DNA of 64,000 bases, from contig OZ360225.1 of assembly GCA_977017645.1 (NCBI GenBank), forward strand, positions 172,608,001-172,672,000, in the 5' to 3' direction. The position numbers and the translations under genes are program-made. The notes under the pieces were generated by a model, which worked only from the letters and a program-made list of their open reading frames with translations, had not been told where the DNA came from and did no database searches. This DNA comes from Torpedo marmorata. Its lineage: Eukaryota. Below, piece after piece: positions 59,882 to 64,000 of the stretch; the first letter of the stretch is position 1; the number at the start of each line of letters is the position of its first letter.

Positions 59882-60319
59882 TATTTCTACCTTTGCTACA
59901 TAAAAGACACTGTTTGACCTGCTGAGTTACTCCAGCATTTGTGTTTTTTACTTCAACCACGGTGTCCACAGATTTTCGTGTTTTACTTTCCTCTCTCCAA
60001 AGATTTATTTCCATTTTTAACAAGCAGAACCATCCCTTTCCCTCTGCATACCTTCCTGACCTTCCAATACACTGTGTATCCATGGATATTAAGTTCCTAG
60101 CTGTGATCATCTTTTAGCCACAACTCAGTTATGGCCACAATTTCATACCTGGCAACTTCCAGCTGCGCTATTAGATTATCAACCTTATTTCTTATGCTGT
60201 GGTCATTTCAATACACGACCTTCAGTGGTGTATTTTCCCTATTGACTGCCTATCTTTCCTCACAATCTTGCTACACTGTTTATCTACTTGTATATCTTTT
60301 GCCCTATTCACTGCCCTCT

Positions 60320-60634
60320 CTTTCGGAGGACCTTTCCTGGGCCCAACACACGAATGTCATCATGAAGAAAGCATGCCAGCACCTCTACTTTCTCAGGAGT
60401 TTGCAGAGGATTGGTATGACATCGAAAACCTTGGCAAACTTCTACAGATGTGTAGTGGAAAGTGTGTTGACCGGCTGCATCACAACCTGGTATGGGGGCA
60501 CCAATACCTCTGAGCGGAAAACCCTGGAAAAGGTCATGGACACAGCTCAGTACATCACAGGCAAAACTCTCCCCACTATCAAGAAAATCTATGGAACGTT
60601 GTCGTCGGAGCGGAGCAGAAATCATCAAGGATCC
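60320..60634 (+). mobile_element. Rex1/Babar-like fragment cut by the ERV-2 LTR
   Basis: HLYFLRSL...FYRCVVESVLTGCITTWYG...IIKDP; same family as 13990-14430. Confidence 0.85.
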
Positions 60635-61311
60635 TGTGGAGGATAGGTGTCGATCCTTGATCCAGGTTCTGGGGTGAGGTCCCAAACAGCAGTTTACTCT
60701 CCTGAGGAATGAAGGACTCTTCTTCAGCCAATTCCCTTTATTTGATGCACAGGCCTGTGGGAGGTCCGTCACCTCTGTAGAGGATCGACGAGCTCTCCGA
60801 ACATACAAACTCATGAGTTTAAATTCTCCAACGCTAACTGACATTAACCAATCTCAAAACAGTCACCTCTTAGGTGGCAAGCATTGTCCCATCAGCATTA
60901 AGCATCTGCATGAGCACCATATTGTGGACCAATCACACAGATATATCCCCCTCCTCTCAGGTATTTTTACAGTTTTGGTTCCCCTAATTCCTGTAAATCA
61001 CATGGTTCCAGAGAGAAATGGGACTAATGAAAATTTATCAGCCAGGTTGTTGTTATCAGGCAACACACATCCTGGAGCTTCTCGCTATCCTTGCTCAGGG
61101 CGAGTGGAATTTCAGCTTGGGTGTAGTTGCCAGGCAACACACATCCTGGGCCCCCACTCACTGTCGTTGGGTATCTGCACCTGTGTCAGCAAAAGCATTA
61201 ACAAAGTTGTATTTACGTATTAATATTTTGGTTAATTAATTAACTCATGTTTTTATGTATTTGATGTATTAATCAACATCAATCTAAACTAGACCGACTC
61301 TTACTTCTACA
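60635..61311 (-). repeat. ERV-2 3' LTR
   Basis: TG...CA termini, directly follows the PPT, AATAAA on minus at about 60737-60742. Confidence 0.88.
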
Positions 61312-61498
61312 TTCCCCCCTTTGAGACTTTTACAGTCTCACACAACACAGTCTCATCCAACTATGATAAGCATTAAGTGTTATAAGCAGTCAACCCTCTC
61401 CTCTTGGAGAGTTTCATCAAACTCTCCAGGTCAAGGAGAGGTCATTACAATGGTTTAATAAGCACATAAATGGGTTAATGATATCTAAGCTACGAGTG

Positions 61499-63370
61499 CT
61501 AATATGATACTACGTCTAATGGCATTGGGTCAATTACATTCCCGTACATGGGCATGGTCTCCTTTTTCCCATCCGTATAATCACACAAGCAGACACGCTC
61601 CCTTGTGTCTTCATCCTGTTCAATCATCATACCCCCTCCAACAAACATGGTTCCTACCCAGCAGGGTAACATGGCTTTCGCACATGTCAGTACAATGGTA
61701 TATCCATAAACAGCAATGCCCAAAATTACAACTATGGGGATCAGGATTTGTACTAGCATAGCTCCCGAGTCCTAAATGATTGGTGAGCCATCCTGAGAAT
61801 GATTTTCCTGCACTTTTAGAAGGGCCAAACGCATCTCTAATTGTTCTCAATGCATCAATAAAATTGGTCATGTTATCTTCTGAGTCTGGAATCAAGGTGG
61901 CATATGCATAACCTGTCAAATTTAGTGTGATGCAAAGTCCACACTGCTTTGCCAAAATATAGTCTATTCAATAGAATTGTCATCTCATGCTTCAGGAAGG
62001 TTAGTCTGTGACATTCTGGGTGGAGTTAAAATCTGAAATCCTTTAATAATTTGGTTTGCAAATGCTGACATGGTGTAAGTGATGTTATCTATGTGATCAG
62101 CTAAGAATGTTACCGCATACCAAAGGAATAACCCGATTCCCCATTTTCTTCCTAGTGAGATTCTCCAGTGAAATGATTCAATATCAGAGAATTGTGCCAT
62201 CTTCCTCCTTTTCCGTGACAGGTAAGGGTGGCACGGTTAGCGTAGCGGTTAGCGCAACACTGTTACAGCACCAGCGATCAGGACCGGGGTTCGAATTCCG
62301 TGCTGTCTGTAAGGAGTTTGTACGTTCTCCCCGTGTCTGCGTGGGTTTTCCCCGGGAGCTCCGGTTTCCTCCCACTGTTCAAAATGTACTGGGGGTTGTA
62401 GGTTAATTGGGTGTAATTGGGCAGCACGGGCTCGTGGGCCGAAATGGCCTGTTACCTTGCTGTATGTTTAAATTTAAAATGTTAGTTACTGTGAAGTCTA
62501 CTAGACTGCAACACCCTGACCAATTCCTTGGCAGGAACCACTAAGCTTGCTCTCCATAGACCCAGAGTCTCGATTCACCAACTATCATTCCCCAACCAAG
62601 ATGTATATCATCTATGCCACCCAGATATGTTTGGTTTACCGACACCTTTTGTCCTTTTATTGTGATGGCTATTGTTTCTCCTGTCCCTGTAGTAAGATAC
62701 CCTATTTTAGCAGACCTGTGCTGGCAAGTGGGCATGCCCATATGTTATCCACTGCCATGGTTACATATACAATGGGGAAATGTATGGGGTGCTTGTTTCC
62801 CAAGGATTCGGCAAGTACACCTTTCTCATTATCGTCAGGTTTTATCATGGGCTGGGCTTTGGTGCAGGCTGTATTGATACATGACGTTGCATTTCCTGTG
62901 CCATTAATATATTGCCCTATTCAAGGTGTCCTTGCACTGTGTAACATTTGGCTGCCAAGATGGTGATGTGTAGTTTCTTTTTCTCTCAGGGCCTTACAGA
63001 AGGCTGAGAAAGCTGCTGAGAAAACGCCAAAGCCATGGCGCTTAATGTGATAGTGCAGCTATGCAGGACTCACTACATTCCAGGACCCTTGGCTTCAGTC
63101 TAAACATGGATTTCCATTGTTTTGGATTCTGGTGAACCATAAGTGTTCCTTCATTCCTGATGGTTCCCTTCTTTAGCCACCTCATAAATCCCCACCAGCT
63201 GTTCTTTTGCACTTTTTCATTTAAAATGGCAACTTCATTTTCTGCATTAAACCCGAGGGATACCATTTTGTTCCTATTTTCTCTTTCCCTCCTGGGGCTC
63301 CACGCCCCCCTTCTATACCAAATAAGAGCAAAAAACATAAGTTATAAAACAAAATACAAAAATTTAAGCA
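61499..63370 (-). pseudogene. env: ERV-2 env remnant, interrupted by a V-SINE
   Basis: Fusion-peptide-like GIGLFLWYAV, HRLTFLKHEMT/IDYILAKQCGLC, LIPD and hydrophobic anchor LVQILIPIVVILGIAV. Confidence 0.82.
62226..62480 (+). mobile_element. V-SINE (HE1-like) inside ERV-2 env
   Basis: Same family as 23481-23774. Confidence 0.92.
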
Positions 63371-64000
63371 TAGTCTCTCATTTCCTAATTTTCCTTAGTG
63401 ATGCTGTTCATGCAATCTTTTCTTTCTTTCTTCTCCTTTGGTTCCCCAGCTGGTGGGACACTCCGGCAGTGGTTCAGATGAATCCATGGTCCTATCTCCT
63501 TTATCTTGACCACAGTGGGTGTTGACAAGATCACCTGGAATGGTTTGACTTGCCTCGGCTGTTTCCACTTTCTTTTAAACTTCTTCACACAGACCCAGCC
63601 TCCAGGATTCATCTGCAGTTCGGTGACTTCCACTGGGGGTCCTTGCGTCTCCCGTACCTGGAAATATACAGATCTAACGGCCAATGTTAGTCCCTTCAAG
63701 TACTTTCCTAATTCTTCTTCTTACACTTCTAAGCTTACCTCATTGCCACTGGGTTTAGTTATTGGCATTGACATAACCCTTCCAGTAACCGTCTCATGCA
63801 GAGTTAAATGGGTACATCTATTTCTACTGTTTCTCATAGACGAATGCTAACAGTTAGCATTGTACCCAGTCCAAACCTGTTTGTCTGCAGACTTTTGCCA
63901 GTTTGGCTTTCAGGCTACCTTTGCACCTTTCTACTAAGACAGCTGATTGTGGATGATACACACAAGAGAATTTCTGTATAATTCTCATAATTTTACACAG

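Larger units (their letters stand above)
54553..59988 (+). mobile_element. Penelope-like element, Neptune type: pseudo-LTR plus full-length unit
   Basis: About 1.17-kb direct repeat (54553-55727 vs 58816-59988). RT motifs KPADKG, FYLLPKIHK, MDVQSLYTSIP, GVAMGT, RYIDD; Cys linker CARRRCNTC; GIY-YIG LIY.IRC..C..LYIGET. Confidence 0.96.
60635..64000 (-). mobile_element. Endogenous retrovirus ERV-2, 3' portion (IN C-terminus, env, PPT, 3' LTR); extends beyond the window
   Basis: IN ...PFQVILSTPTVVKIKEIGPWIHLNHCR (63385-63699), env remnants, PPT aaaggggggaa (61312-61322) next to TGTAG. Confidence 0.92.

Overview
Eukaryotic, repeat-saturated genomic DNA, most likely from a cartilaginous fish. This is inferred from HE1-like V-SINEs, abundant CR1 and Neptune-type Penelope elements. 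Almost the whole window is nested mobile elements. (i) An intact Ty3/Gypsy element (1806-6335) with identical LTRs, a 5-bp TSD and no tRNA primer site but a self-complementary primer region, inserted in a 5S-rRNA-derived SINE. (ii) A decayed class-I-like endogenous retrovirus (about 6423-13372, minus) with a tRNA-Ser PBS, a 4x60-bp leader array and two tandem matrix-like modules. (iii) Many CR1 and Rex1/Babar LINE pieces and V-SINEs. (iv) A Tigger-like MITE containing a full-length L1, which contains a twin-primed L1, which contains a CR1 with intact ORF2 and a third L1 (37567-50714). (v) A Penelope element with pseudo-LTR, hammerhead-ribozyme motifs and a 13x19-aa coding minisatellite (54553-59988). 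(vi) The 3' half of a second ERV (60635-64000). The only host-gene candidate is a 57-bp exon-like segment at 51191-51247. Boundaries of old fragments are approximate, and family names come from recognised motifs, not database searches.
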